Source: Gemmatimonadota bacterium
GTDB taxonomy: Bacteria > Gemmatimonadota > Gemmatimonadetes > JACCXV01 > JAHWKZ01
DNA length: 64,000 nt
Assembly: GCA_039588915.1 (NCBI GenBank)
Contig: JBDGYV010000006.1
Span: 13,116 to 77,115, forward strand
Direction: 5' to 3'
The translations under genes were made by a program, and so were the position numbers. The notes beneath the pieces were generated by a model. It worked only from the letters and a program-made list of their open reading frames with translations. It did no database searches and was not told where the DNA came from. Shown piece after piece: positions 45,605 through 55,411 of this stretch; the first letter of the stretch is position 1; each line of letters opens with the position of its first letter.

Positions 45605-46384
45605 ATGAAACGATTCTGCAGCAACCTCGTCGTGCTTGCGCTGACGCTCGGTTCAACCGCCGCTCATGCGCAGACCAACGAAGCCGACACCGCCACCGCA
45701 CTCGCTTTTGGCCCGGGTGAGGAGCTTACCTACTCGGTCGCGTACGGGGTCGTACCCGCCGGCTCGTGGTGGCTCCGCGTCGAGGAGTTGGGCGAATTCG
45801 AAGGGCGCCCCGCGTACCACTTCGTGTCCGAGGTCGAGAGCAATCAGGGCGTGTCCGTCATCTACGAGATCGAGCAATCCGAGGAAGCTTGGTTCGACGC
45901 CGCCGAGCTCTACTCTTTGAAGTACACCCGTCAATCGATCGAAAATGACAAAGCCCGTGATCGCGTTTACCGATTCGACCAGGAGCAGCACCTTCGCATC
46001 AACGGCAAGGGAGAAACAAAACCGGCAAGTCCGCGGGCAGTAGATCAACTGTCGATTCTGTACTTCATCCGACTGCTGCCGTTTGAACCCGGCGCCAAGT
46101 TCACGCTTCGGAATCTGGCGGACCCAGAAGACAACCCACTGACCATTCAGGTCCTAAAGAAGGAACGAGTCAAGGTGCCAGTTGGCACATTCGAGACTTA
46201 CGTCCTGAAACTCGATTTCAAGACCAACCATGGAGTCTTCAAGAAAGGCGGCGAGAACCTGCTTTGGGTCACCGCTGACGATCGACACGTGCCGGTCAAA
46301 CTGTCGAGCAAGATCGGCCTCGGAAAGTTTCGCGCCGAATTGGTCGGGTTTTCCGCCGGAAAGACGATCGTCTCGGTCAATTGA
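45605..46384 (+). CDS. DUF3108 domain protein, secreted
   Basis: Signal peptide and DUF3108-like N-terminal motif (GEELTYSVAYGVVPAG). Confidence 0.55.
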   Translation: MKRFCSNLVVLALTLGSTAAHAQTNEADTATALAFGPGEELTYSVAYGVVPAGSWWLRVEELGEFEGRPAYHFVSEVESNQGVSVIYEIEQSEEAWFDAAELYSLKYTRQSIENDKARDRVYRFDQEQHLRINGKGETKPASPRAVDQLSILYFIRLLPFEPGAKFTLRNLADPEDNPLTIQVLKKERVKVPVGTFETYVLKLDFKTNHGVFKKGGENLLWVTADDRHVPVKLSSKIGLGKFRAELVGFSAGKTIVSVN

Positions 46385-46442
46385 ACCCACGCTGGGACGT
46401 CAACGTTGACGTCTCCGGAAAAGCCTTCCTAGCTTCGCCTCA

Positions 46443-47957
46443 GTGATGTCCGTAAGGTCGATACGAATCCGATCGGTCGCGACGGTGCTCGGGCTGTCGC
46501 TTTTCACCATGGTCGCGATCGCCAGTCGGCCCCAAGCGGCGGCCGAGTCCTCGATCCGGATCGCCGCAGGGGACACGCTTCCGTCATGGCTGGCCACGGT
46601 GGCCAATGGCCCGCTATCCCGAGCACACTGGGGTGTGGCTGTATACGACATCGAGGCCGGGCAGTGGGTCGCGCTTCACAACGCAGATCGCTTTTTTGTT
46701 CCGGCATCCAACCTCAAGCTGGTGGTAAGCGCTGTCGCCCTCGAACGTCTGGGCCCCGATTTCACCTACCGGACGACCATCTACGCGACGCAACCAATCG
46801 GTTCCGATGGGACGCTGATTGGAGACCTCGTGCTGTACGGTCGAGGCGACCCGAACTTGTCCGGGCGCCACGCGCCATCGATGACCTCGATTTTCGAATG
46901 GCTCGCTGATTCCCTGGTGAAGCGGGGCCTGAAACGGGTCACCGGAGACCTGATCGCCGATGAGTCGCATTGGGATAACGAGTACCACCACCGGGACTGG
47001 TCCGGCTTCGATCAGATGTGGTGGTACGCGGCACCCGTCGGCGCGCTCGGTTTCAACGACAACAGCATCGATGTTTCGATCCGACCGGGGCCTCGCGCCG
47101 GCGTGCCACCGTCGATTGAGACTAGACCGCAGTCACCCTTCTATACCTTGTACAACCACGCGGTGACCGGGACAAGGGGCATCGAATCGACGTTCGATAT
47201 GAAACGCGAACCGGGTTCCAATCGGATCACCGCGTTTGGCGTGCTGCCGCTCGATGAGCCACCAAAAACGGCGTATGTCGCGGTGGTGGGTGCGGCGGAC
47301 TATTCGGCGACAATTCTTCGAAGCGTGCTCGTCGACCGCGGCATTGAGATCGAGGGTCGCGTCCGAACGGTGTCGGATCCGCTCGCCTCGCCGGTGCGAT
47401 TGGGTGACTCGATCGCGCTCGCCAATCATCGATCGATACCAATGGCGAGAGTGCTCGAGTCGATCAACGGCCGGAGCCAAAACTGGCACGCCGAGCAGGT
47501 GCTAAAGACGTTGGGCCGGGAGATCACCGGTGCCGGAACATGGAAGGCTGGTCTCGAAGTTGAGCGCGAAACGTTGGCTCAGTTAGGAATGGATACAACG
47601 GCGTTTCTGTTGCGCGACGGCTCGGGGCTCTCGCCGGCGAATCTGACGACCCCCCGAGCGTTGGCGGAGCTCTTGATGACCATGCGCTCACGCCCTGACG
47701 GCGACGTTTTTGCGCGAACGCTGTCGGTCGCTGGCCAGAGCGGTTCCCTCAAGGGGCGCTTTCGAGGCGGCGCCGCTCAAGGACGGGTGCGAGCCAAGAC
47801 CGGTTTCATCGCCAACGTCTACGCGCTGTCTGGGTATATGACCACGGTTTCCGGCCGCGAGTACGCTTTCAGTGTATTCGTCAACGGTGCCGGTTCGCGG
47901 GCCAACCCAGCCATCGATCGACTCGTGGAAGGGTTTATCCTCGGCTGGGCGCCGTAA
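46443..47957 (+). CDS. dacB: D-alanyl-D-alanine carboxypeptidase/endopeptidase, PBP4 (peptidase S13)
   Basis: Signal peptide; SxxK region PASNLKLV; LYGRGDPNLSG; and KTG (RAKTGF) motifs of class C PBPs. Confidence 0.85.
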   Translation: MMSVRSIRIRSVATVLGLSLFTMVAIASRPQAAAESSIRIAAGDTLPSWLATVANGPLSRAHWGVAVYDIEAGQWVALHNADRFFVPASNLKLVVSAVALERLGPDFTYRTTIYATQPIGSDGTLIGDLVLYGRGDPNLSGRHAPSMTSIFEWLADSLVKRGLKRVTGDLIADESHWDNEYHHRDWSGFDQMWWYAAPVGALGFNDNSIDVSIRPGPRAGVPPSIETRPQSPFYTLYNHAVTGTRGIESTFDMKREPGSNRITAFGVLPLDEPPKTAYVAVVGAADYSATILRSVLVDRGIEIEGRVRTVSDPLASPVRLGDSIALANHRSIPMARVLESINGRSQNWHAEQVLKTLGREITGAGTWKAGLEVERETLAQLGMDTTAFLLRDGSGLSPANLTTPRALAELLMTMRSRPDGDVFARTLSVAGQSGSLKGRFRGGAAQGRVRAKTGFIANVYALSGYMTTVSGREYAFSVFVNGAGSRANPAIDRLVEGFILGWAP

Positions 47958-47960
47958 CCA

Positions 47961-48734
47961 TTGACAGACGATCCGACGCATCCTCCACCCGGATACGACC
48001 GCTGGCAACAAGGATCACACACGGTTGTCGCCTGGCGGGTCGCCGCAGATGACGTTCGCACTGCGATCGATCAAGCCGGGTCGCTAAGCGTATGGGCTGC
48101 CAATCGATCCCGACAAAGGATCGACACTGGCCGCGGTTCAGTGTATCGGGTGAGGTTGGGAGAATACGACGCTGCGGTGCGTCACTTTCGACGTGGTGGT
48201 TGGATGGCGCCGTTGCTTGGCGATCGGTACCTCGACTCGCCACCACGACCGTTTCTGGAGCTCGTCGTCAGCGAGCAACTTCGTCGCGCCGGTGTCTCTA
48301 CGCCTCGCGTAGTGTGCGCCGTCGTTACGTCGGCGCGTCCTGGCTACCGAGCCGACTTGGCAACCGAGTGGCTCGAACCGGGGCACGACCTGGAAGCGCT
48401 GTTGGCACCGAATCGGTACCCGGTGGACGTCCGCATCTCAGCCATGCGCGCAGCCGGCGCCTTGGTGGGTGATGCCCATCGATGCGGTCTCGATCATGCC
48501 GACTTGAACATCGGCAATGTTTTTGTACAGCCGTTGGCCGACGGTCAGTGGGGAGCGTCTCTGTTGGACCTCGATCGGGCGCGCGTTACCGAACCAGATG
48601 GGGCGCGCGCAACCGCTAACCTAGAACGCTTTCAGCGATCGCTCGAAAAGGTTCGCCGGGCTGGACGCGTGACTTGGAGCAGCGTCGAGCTCGACGCATT
48701 CAGACAGGCTTACGACGACGTGTCCGGCAGATAG
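47961..48734 (+). CDS. Kdo / lipopolysaccharide kinase family protein (KdkA/InaA-like)
   Basis: Catalytic loop GLDHADLNIGNVFV and DLD motif. TTG start 4 nt after the dacB stop. Confidence 0.65.
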   Translation: MTDDPTHPPPGYDRWQQGSHTVVAWRVAADDVRTAIDQAGSLSVWAANRSRQRIDTGRGSVYRVRLGEYDAAVRHFRRGGWMAPLLGDRYLDSPPRPFLELVVSEQLRRAGVSTPRVVCAVVTSARPGYRADLATEWLEPGHDLEALLAPNRYPVDVRISAMRAAGALVGDAHRCGLDHADLNIGNVFVQPLADGQWGASLLDLDRARVTEPDGARATANLERFQRSLEKVRRAGRVTWSSVELDAFRQAYDDVSGR

Positions 48735-49648
48735 CTCGTCCCTCGCGGCGGGGAGCCACTCACATCCGTCTCGGACTCAGCGAACGGCCCGCCCCCGGTT
48801 TGCCGCTCGATCCACGCCATGCCGACCAGCAACGCCAGGCTCCCGGCGAGCAACGCTAATACGATCGCCGAGACGACCCAGGGAACGGCCCATTGGGATG
48901 GCGAGATATCCTCGGCCGGGAGCCGAATCAGGAGCAGCGAAACCGCATTGAAAAGACCGTGCACGGCGACCGACGCCCATAGCGAACCGGTGGTGAGCAC
49001 GAGCCACGCGAGCACCAGGCCGAGGAAGAACGTCGGCAACAACTGCCACGGGTTGTAGATATGAAACACGGTGAAGAAGATCGCTGTCCACGTGCTCGCC
49101 GAGCGTGGCCCGCGAGTCCGATTCAGACCCTGTAGGATTGCACCGCGAAAAAGCGCCTCTTCGAGCAACGGCGCCAAGATTACCGCCAAAACGATCGCCT
49201 CAAGGCTCCCGGTGTCAAGAAGACCGCGGAGAAACTCAGCGTACGCCTCCGGCACCGGAGCTAAGCGCTGAATGACAACATACAACTCGCTGAAAACTGT
49301 CACCGATCCAACCAAAACCAAAAGGAGCGGGGGGATCGAGCGACGGTCCAACCCTTTTATGGCCAGTGATTCTCTCCAACCGGAATTGCCTCTCCAAACC
49401 ACGAAAGCGATCGCGGCAGCAAAGGAGATCTCGGTCGGAAGTGCGAGGCGTACGATCTCCGGCCAGCCGGGAAACAACCACTCGGTGAGCTTCAAGAGCC
49501 AGTAACCCAATACCAGCGTGGCGGCGAGCACCACAACCGTATGGCTCAGGGTGAGGCCGTGACCGCGCTTCAGGACGCCTCGATGGTGAAGAAGATCTCC
49601 CGGCCCTGGCGCGACACACTGAGGTTGATCTCGCCGTTGTTGTCCCAC
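48710..49648 (-). CDS. CPBP family intramembrane metalloprotease (CAAX protease/Abi)
   Basis: EEALFRG…FTVFHIYN…SVAVHGLFNAV motifs (EExxxR, FxxxH, HxxxN) in a multi-TM protein. The true start is probably downstream of the tracker start because of overlap with the upstream gene. Confidence 0.7.
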   Translation of the reverse strand: MGQQRRDQPQCVAPGPGDLLHHRGVLKRGHGLTLSHTVVVLAATLVLGYWLLKLTEWLFPGWPEIVRLALPTEISFAAAIAFVVWRGNSGWRESLAIKGLDRRSIPPLLLVLVGSVTVFSELYVVIQRLAPVPEAYAEFLRGLLDTGSLEAIVLAVILAPLLEEALFRGAILQGLNRTRGPRSASTWTAIFFTVFHIYNPWQLLPTFFLGLVLAWLVLTTGSLWASVAVHGLFNAVSLLLIRLPAEDISPSQWAVPWVVSAIVLALLAGSLALLVGMAWIERQTGGGPFAESETDVSGSPPRGTSYLPDTSS

Positions 49649-50700
49649 GACTCGCCCATCTGTTGCTGAGCCCGTGCGACATCTGTCCCTACCTCGCGAC
49701 CTTCGATCGTGCGTACGACGTCTCCTTGCTGGACACCGACCCGACCGGCTGGCGACTCAGCATCGACGTAGGCAACGAAGATCCGGCCATCGTGAGAAGC
49801 GCCGAGATCAAGGCCGTAGTCGGTCCCGGTTACGCGCTCACGATCGGCCACCGGTCGGGCTGATGGATCTGTACTTTGACGCGCGTAGGCGTCACGTACG
49901 CGGAAGATCTCGCTCCCGGGAGGATTGTCCTCGAGCCATTCGGCCAGCGGCTGCCGCTGTGACAACCGATGGCGGGGCTCCAACTCGTCGATCACGTAAC
50001 TATGGTTGGGATTGTACGCCTGCCAGATCTCGTCCGAGGTGGCCGCCGCCAACCGCTCTTGACCCCAGAGGTCCTCGATCGCCCGATAGGTGAGCCAGTT
50101 CACCATCGCTTCGGCCTCGAAGTTGCCTGGTGCCATGAACGGATGTTCGTATGCGAGGTCTCGTGGACCGGATGGTTCAAATTCGGGCGGATCGACGATG
50201 TAGTGCGTGATTTGGTGAGCAACCAACAGTACGCGGACATCGTCGTCTTCAGGTACTGGCACCGCGCGCCCGTCAGCTCGAATCGCCTCGAGTGCGATCA
50301 CCAGCGGTCGCTCGATCGAGACCACTGGCCAGTGACGCACCAGGTAAACATCGATGTCCTGATATGGCCAGTGAAGCCCGGCGAAATCGGTCACGCGTTG
50401 AAGAAATAGCAACCCCTCGCGCTCCCACCATTCAACGAGCTCGTCGGCGTGGTCACGAACCCACTCCACATCCTCGGTCAGCGCTTCCGGGTTGCCACGA
50501 TACCGCTCGGGATATGCCATCGGCAGGAGCTCGGCGCCGCCCAAATGGAACCGGACCGCTGGAACTCGATCGGTTGATTGACCGCGGATGGGCGTGACGT
50601 TGAGAACTGTCAACAGCACCATCAGTAACGACAACAAGCCGATTCTGCAGGCGGCATGATGGCGATTAGGGGGGCTGCTATATTCGTTGTGGTCTTTTCT
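49570..50700 (-). CDS. Secreted protein of unknown function with a C-terminal PDZ domain
   Basis: Hydrophobic signal-like segment (RIGLLSLLMVLLTVL), no HExxH motif, and a C-terminal PDZ-like segment (GRVGVQQGDVVRTIEGREV). The start coordinate is approximate; the tracker's 51162 start would overlap the divergent mrp gene. Confidence 0.45.
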   Translation of the reverse strand, partial: RKDHNEYSSPPNRHHAACRIGLLSLLMVLLTVLNVTPIRGQSTDRVPAVRFHLGGAELLPMAYPERYRGNPEALTEDVEWVRDHADELVEWWEREGLLFLQRVTDFAGLHWPYQDIDVYLVRHWPVVSIERPLVIALEAIRADGRAVPVPEDDDVRVLLVAHQITHYIVDPPEFEPSGPRDLAYEHPFMAPGNFEAEAMVNWLTYRAIEDLWGQERLAAATSDEIWQAYNPNHSYVIDELEPRHRLSQRQPLAEWLEDNPPGSEIFRVRDAYARQSTDPSARPVADRERVTGTDYGLDLGASHDGRIFVAYVDAESPAGRVGVQQGDVVRTIEGREVGTDVARAQQQMGESWDNNGEINLSVSRQGREIFFTIEAS

Positions 50701-50743
50701 CACTCTCGCATCCTCACTGAACCCAGAAAACTCGTCGCAAACT

Positions 50744-51790
50744 ATGCCAGCGCAAGAAAAAGACGTCATCCGAGCGATCCGCCGTGTCCGTGATCCGGAC
50801 AGCAACAAGGATCTCATCTCGCTCGGCCGGATCAAGGAACTGAAGATCAACGATGGCGGTGTAGCGTTCAAGGTCCTTGTGGATCCCGCCCAACCGCTGT
50901 CGGAGACGGTTCTAAAGGAACTCAAGGGGCAGATCGGCGGTCTCGACGGTATCGAGGACGTGGCGATCAGCCTCCAGGAGCAGCCCGGAGCCGCCGCCGG
51001 GCCCGCCAAACGACCGTCGCCACAGCAGCCGATCGAGGGCGTGCGCCATGTTCTGGCTGTCGCCAGCGGGAAGGGCGGCGTTGGAAAATCGACCGTCGCC
51101 GTCAACCTAGCCCTGGCGATCGCCGCCGAGGGACATCGAGTGGGGTTGCTTGACGCCGACATCTACGGCCCCTCGATCCCCACCATGATGGGACTCAAGG
51201 GAGCTCAGCCAAGCACTGTCGGCAAACGCATTCAACCGTTGACCCGACTTGGGATCGCGCTCATGTCGCTCGGATTCTTGGTCGAGGGCGAGGATACACC
51301 GCTGGTATGGCGTGGCCCGATGGTCCATTCTGCCGTTACCCAGTTCCTGCGCGAAGTCGATTGGGGAGAGCTCGATTACCTGGTTGTCGATTTGCCACCT
51401 GGAACCGGCGATGCGCACTTGACGCTGACTCAATCCGTCCAGTTGGACGGTGCGGTGATCGTAACTACCCCGCAGGACATTGCGCTGATTGACGCCAAGA
51501 AGGGGCTTAAGATGTTTGACAAAGTCGGCGCTCGCGTGCTGGGCATCGTCGAGAACATGGGCAGCTTTGTTTGCCCGAGCTGTGATGCCGAGCACTCGAT
51601 CTTCGGACACGGTGGTGGCCGAGCGACCGCGGAGCGATTCAACGTTCCGTTTCTCGGAACAATCCCGTTACATGAGGATGTCACGCCGACCGGCGATAAC
51701 GGAGAGCCAATTATGCAGGCGCTGCCGGATTCGCCGATCGCCGAGCGGTTTCGCGAAATCGCCCGGCGCATCATCCAGGTGACCGACTAG
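50744..51790 (+). CDS. apbC: Mrp/NBP35/ApbC-family Fe-S cluster carrier ATPase with an N-terminal DUF59 (MIP18) domain
   Basis: Walker A SGKGGVGKST, CPSC motif (CPSCDAEHSIFG), and an N-terminal RDPDSNKDLISLG DUF59 signature. Confidence 0.9.
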   Translation: MPAQEKDVIRAIRRVRDPDSNKDLISLGRIKELKINDGGVAFKVLVDPAQPLSETVLKELKGQIGGLDGIEDVAISLQEQPGAAAGPAKRPSPQQPIEGVRHVLAVASGKGGVGKSTVAVNLALAIAAEGHRVGLLDADIYGPSIPTMMGLKGAQPSTVGKRIQPLTRLGIALMSLGFLVEGEDTPLVWRGPMVHSAVTQFLREVDWGELDYLVVDLPPGTGDAHLTLTQSVQLDGAVIVTTPQDIALIDAKKGLKMFDKVGARVLGIVENMGSFVCPSCDAEHSIFGHGGGRATAERFNVPFLGTIPLHEDVTPTGDNGEPIMQALPDSPIAERFREIARRIIQVTD

Positions 51791-51801
51791 GGAGCACGCG
51801 C

Positions 51802-52908
51802 GTGACGGACAGCAACCTAGGCCGAACGTCGGTCGGGCCATCAGCGACATCGGCCGACGCGACCAGCCAGGCCCAGCGCCTGCTCGACAAGCTGCTGGCA
51901 GCTGTAGACATCGAGAAGCCAGTGGCGATCTACACACACGATCATCCCGATCCAGACTCAATCGCCAGCGCCTACGCACTGAGTTTTCTGCTCGGTCACA
52001 AGCTCTCGATCGAGCCGATCATCGCGTTTGGCGGAACGATCGGCCGCGCTACTAATCGCGCCATGGTTGACCAGCTTGGTGTTCGATTGTACCCGCTCGC
52101 GCAAGTCCGCCTCGACGATTACGGAACTCACTCGTTGATCGACACGCAGCCCGAAACCGGGAACCACTCGCTGCCCAACGATCTCCCGATCTCGATCGCC
52201 ATTGACCACCACCCTATGCGACCCGAGACCGCGAACGTGAAGTTCGCCGACGTGCGCACCGATTACGGCGCTACCTCGACGATCATGTACTACTATTTGG
52301 AGGCCGCCGGAATTGATCTATCGACCAAGCTCGCGACGGCCCTGTTGATCGGCATAAAGTCGGATACCCGGGGACTGGAGCGCGAGTCGAGCGAGGCCGA
52401 TCTGCACGCCTACCTCCAGATCTTCCCTCACGCCGATCTGTCGTTACTGGCACGGATCGAGAACCCACTCATCCCCAGACGCCACTTCGAGGCGTTTCAT
52501 GCTGCGCTAGAACGGTCGGTGATCCACGACCAGGCGGTAATCGCCGATCTTGGCGACGCCGACAATCCCGACCTGCTTGCGGAACTGGCAGATTTCCTGG
52601 CCCCCCTCGAGCAAGCCGAATACGCGCTCGTCATGGGCCGCCACAAAGGACGTCTCTACCTCAGTTTGAGGACTCGCGACGAGTCCCGAGACGCCGGTGC
52701 GGTGATCTCAGCCATCGTCGGTGAGCTGGGAACGGCTGGTGGACACGGGCGAATGGCGGGCGCTCAGATCAACATCGACGAAGATCCGGTGCCGATTCAA
52801 GAGATGGTTCGCCGTCGTTTTCTGAGTGAACTCGGGCTCGACCCCTCGAGCGCTGGGAAACCGCTTATTCGGAACGGCGATGAATCACGCTCGGTGTCCA
52901 GCGGTTAG
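51802..52908 (+). CDS. DHH/DHHA1-family phosphoesterase (NrnA-like oligoribonuclease/pAp phosphatase)
   Basis: HDHPDPDSIAS (motif I/II), DHH (AIDHHP), and a C-terminal DHHA1 region with GGHGRMAG (GGGH motif). GTG start. Confidence 0.8.
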   Translation: MTDSNLGRTSVGPSATSADATSQAQRLLDKLLAAVDIEKPVAIYTHDHPDPDSIASAYALSFLLGHKLSIEPIIAFGGTIGRATNRAMVDQLGVRLYPLAQVRLDDYGTHSLIDTQPETGNHSLPNDLPISIAIDHHPMRPETANVKFADVRTDYGATSTIMYYYLEAAGIDLSTKLATALLIGIKSDTRGLERESSEADLHAYLQIFPHADLSLLARIENPLIPRRHFEAFHAALERSVIHDQAVIADLGDADNPDLLAELADFLAPLEQAEYALVMGRHKGRLYLSLRTRDESRDAGAVISAIVGELGTAGGHGRMAGAQINIDEDPVPIQEMVRRRFLSELGLDPSSAGKPLIRNGDESRSVSSG

Positions 52909-53363
52909 CGGAAGTTCTCCGTACCTAGCACGCGGTAGCGACCATCCCGCCACACGTACATGGCGCTCGAACGGCCCGGAAAGACCAACTCCACAGCCGG
53001 CGCCTTGATCACCACCGAGCGTTGCGGCCCAATGACCCTATGTCGACCAGGTTGCAATACCCGAAGCTCGACCGGTCCCGGAGGTAGGTTGGTGAACAAC
53101 GGGTGCGGCGCGAACCGATCCGGCTGGGCGTGAAAGATCACGAATGCTGACCGTTCGGGTCCCTCGACGATGGCGGCCACGTCTTCACGACCGTCACCGT
53201 TAAAATCGCCGCGTGCGGTGCGAGCCCGATCGGAGGACAATCGAAAGTCGGTATGGAACGACCGAATCGCGCGGTCGAGCTGAGCATTTTGTGCGGGGAG
53301 GTGCGACCCGGTCGCCACAACAAAACCAGCGACAATCGGCACCAAGCGGATACGGCGCCTCAC
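52905..53363 (-). CDS. Small secreted hypothetical protein with one FG-GAP/VCBS-like motif
   Basis: Signal peptide and DFNGDGREDVA motif. Confidence 0.45.
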   Translation of the reverse strand: MRRRIRLVPIVAGFVVATGSHLPAQNAQLDRAIRSFHTDFRLSSDRARTARGDFNGDGREDVAAIVEGPERSAFVIFHAQPDRFAPHPLFTNLPPGPVELRVLQPGRHRVIGPQRSVVIKAPAVELVFPGRSSAMYVWRDGRYRVLGTENFR

Positions 53364-53465
53364 TTGAGCCTCCTTTCCGGGGGCAGCTTTATTCTACCCC
53401 ATAGCCGCAGCGGGGGTTCGACGGGGCTGCTTGGCGAACACGTCAAAACCCGCTATCTTGTCTAT

Positions 53466-53819
53466 ATGCTTGGGTTTATCCGAGATCGGTTTGGGGCCAT
53501 AGAGGGCTTCCAGGTGTTCCTCGAGGAAGCCGACGAGGGCGCCTTTGCAGCCACTTCTCCGGCCTTGCCCGGCTACATCGCGTACGGTCAGTCCGAGTCG
53601 AGCGCGATACGCCGGCTAAAGCGCGCCATCCGTCGCAACCTCGATGGCGTCGCCCAAGACCACGTCCGAGTATCGGATCACGGCAATGGCCGAGCCAGCC
53701 GCCATAAGTCTCACCTGTACCTGCAGCCACCGCTCACTGCGACCACGAAGATCGTTTTCGCGTCTGTGGCCCTGGCCACCTTGGCGCTGATCGCATACGA
53801 GCTGAGGCGGCGAGACTAA
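53466..53819 (+). CDS. HicB-like (UPF0150) domain protein with a C-terminal TM helix
   Basis: The N-terminus FQVFLEEADEGAFAATSPALPGYIAYGQSESSAIRRLKRAIRRNL matches the HicB/UPF0150 fold. C-terminal IVFASVALATLALIAYEL hydrophobic helix. No HicA partner seen. The ATG at 53466 lies inside the tracker ORF. Confidence 0.4.
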   Translation: MLGFIRDRFGAIEGFQVFLEEADEGAFAATSPALPGYIAYGQSESSAIRRLKRAIRRNLDGVAQDHVRVSDHGNGRASRHKSHLYLQPPLTATTKIVFASVALATLALIAYELRRRD

Positions 53820-55411
53820 CCCTCGGGCAGGCAGCCCTCCCTGCCGTTCGGTGTGCTCGACCCGGTCGCGCACGACAGAGGCGAGTGCCATCGCGAAAAC
53901 TCGGCCAACCGCTCGACGATCACATCTTCGATCGACATGGCGGCCCACTTCCCACGCGGCAAGTTGTTGATCAGAATCGAAAAGACCAGTAGCTCCCCGT
54001 CGCTGGTCGTGACGTAGCCCGAAAGCGCGGAAACACCGCGTAGCGTGCCGGTCTTGCTGTGGACGTTGCCGCGCACCGCAGGAGCGTCGAGCCGACGTGG
54101 ATTTCCGTCTTCACCGGCGATCGCGAGCGATGCGTAGAACTCATCGAACAGCGGGTGTGCGCGCATCGCCACCAAGAGCTCGGCGGTGCGTCGGGCAGTA
54201 AGAAGGTTGAGACGGCTTAGACCCGAACCGTCTTCGATCGTCAGCCCATCGGTTTCCAGTCCCAGTCCCTCAAGCACGTCGTAGACCACCTCGGCCCCAC
54301 TGGCGAACGACCCGTCGGCTTTGAAGACAGCGCCAAGTGTTTTCAGAAGCTGCTCGGCGAAGAAATTCTGGCTACGCTTGTTGATGATCTTGACGATGTC
54401 AGACATGCGGGGGCTGGTGTGGCTCACGAGCAAGGTCGCCGACTTGGCTCCCTCCCGTTGCCAGCGGTGCACGACCCGCTCGCCACCCTCGATCTCGATC
54501 CCCACTCGTCTCAACCGGTCGGCAAATACCGAGGTCGTATAGAGCGCCGGGTCTTCGACCGAAACCATGTACTGGAGCGGACGACTTCTGAGCGGGATTC
54601 GACCACGGATCAAGTAGTCACCGGTTTCCGGCTGGCGCCGTATCCCGATTGAACGGCCACCCCGGCGTCCCACGGTGACCGCTTGGTTCGAGATCTCCAG
54701 ACGATCGGTATGCGGATAGAAAGTGAGCGCAGGGAGTGCACCGACCCACCCGCCAGGCTGGATCTCGATCGTGACCACGTTGTCGTTGAACGAGAGGGCG
54801 CTCGAACGAGCACCGTACCAGCGCAGCAAGTTCGTGCTGTCCCACCCCGGTGCGATCCGTGTATCGTCGAGGTACGTCGCGTCGCCTACGACTGCGCCGG
54901 TGACACGACGGATGCCCATCCTCTTGAGGCGGGCGGCAAATCGATCGAAAACAAACGTCACGCTATCGCCATGGAAGCGACCTGAGAGCGTCGGGTCTCC
55001 GCGTCCGACAAGGATCAAGTCGCCATCAAGTGTCCCGTCGGGATGGATTTCGCCATCGGCGTAAACCGACGTCGTGTACTGAAAATCTGGCCCGAGTCGG
55101 TCGAGCGCGGCGGCGGTGGTGTAGAGCTTCATGTTCGAAGCTGGGGTCAGTGGCAGGTCGGCGTTGTGAAGGTAGAGCGGGTTGCCGAGGTCGGCGGCGT
55201 ACACCGCGACCCCAATTCGACCACCCCGCCGGCGAACGATCGGGTCGAGGAGCTCGGCGATCGCCGCTGAACCGCCATCCTCCACCACACCGTCGCCAAC
55301 CAGGTCGCCTTGCGCCGTCACGGCGATCGGGAACAAAGCCAGCAAGATCGGCGCAATGACGAGCGCGACAACAAGGCGAGGCGACTTCAGCATGCTACAG
55401 CTCCCGCGCAC
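53816..55411 (-). CDS. dacB: D-alanyl-D-alanine carboxypeptidase/endopeptidase, PBP4 (peptidase S13), second paralog
   Basis: Signal peptide; SxxK PASNMKLY; LVGRGDPTLSG; KTG (HSKTGT). About one-third identical to the 46443 paralog by eye. Confidence 0.85.
   Translation of the reverse strand: MRGSCSMLKSPRLVVALVIAPILLALFPIAVTAQGDLVGDGVVEDGGSAAIAELLDPIVRRRGGRIGVAVYAADLGNPLYLHNADLPLTPASNMKLYTTAAALDRLGPDFQYTTSVYADGEIHPDGTLDGDLILVGRGDPTLSGRFHGDSVTFVFDRFAARLKRMGIRRVTGAVVGDATYLDDTRIAPGWDSTNLLRWYGARSSALSFNDNVVTIEIQPGGWVGALPALTFYPHTDRLEISNQAVTVGRRGGRSIGIRRQPETGDYLIRGRIPLRSRPLQYMVSVEDPALYTTSVFADRLRRVGIEIEGGERVVHRWQREGAKSATLLVSHTSPRMSDIVKIINKRSQNFFAEQLLKTLGAVFKADGSFASGAEVVYDVLEGLGLETDGLTIEDGSGLSRLNLLTARRTAELLVAMRAHPLFDEFYASLAIAGEDGNPRRLDAPAVRGNVHSKTGTLRGVSALSGYVTTSDGELLVFSILINNLPRGKWAAMSIEDVIVERLAEFSRWHSPLSCATGSSTPNGREGCLPEG

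Noticed and set aside
53395-53430. tRNA-like GGGGGTTCGACGGGG T-loop-like motif in an intergenic region
   Set aside because: No acceptor, D or anticodon arms can be formed around it; it is only a short local hairpin.
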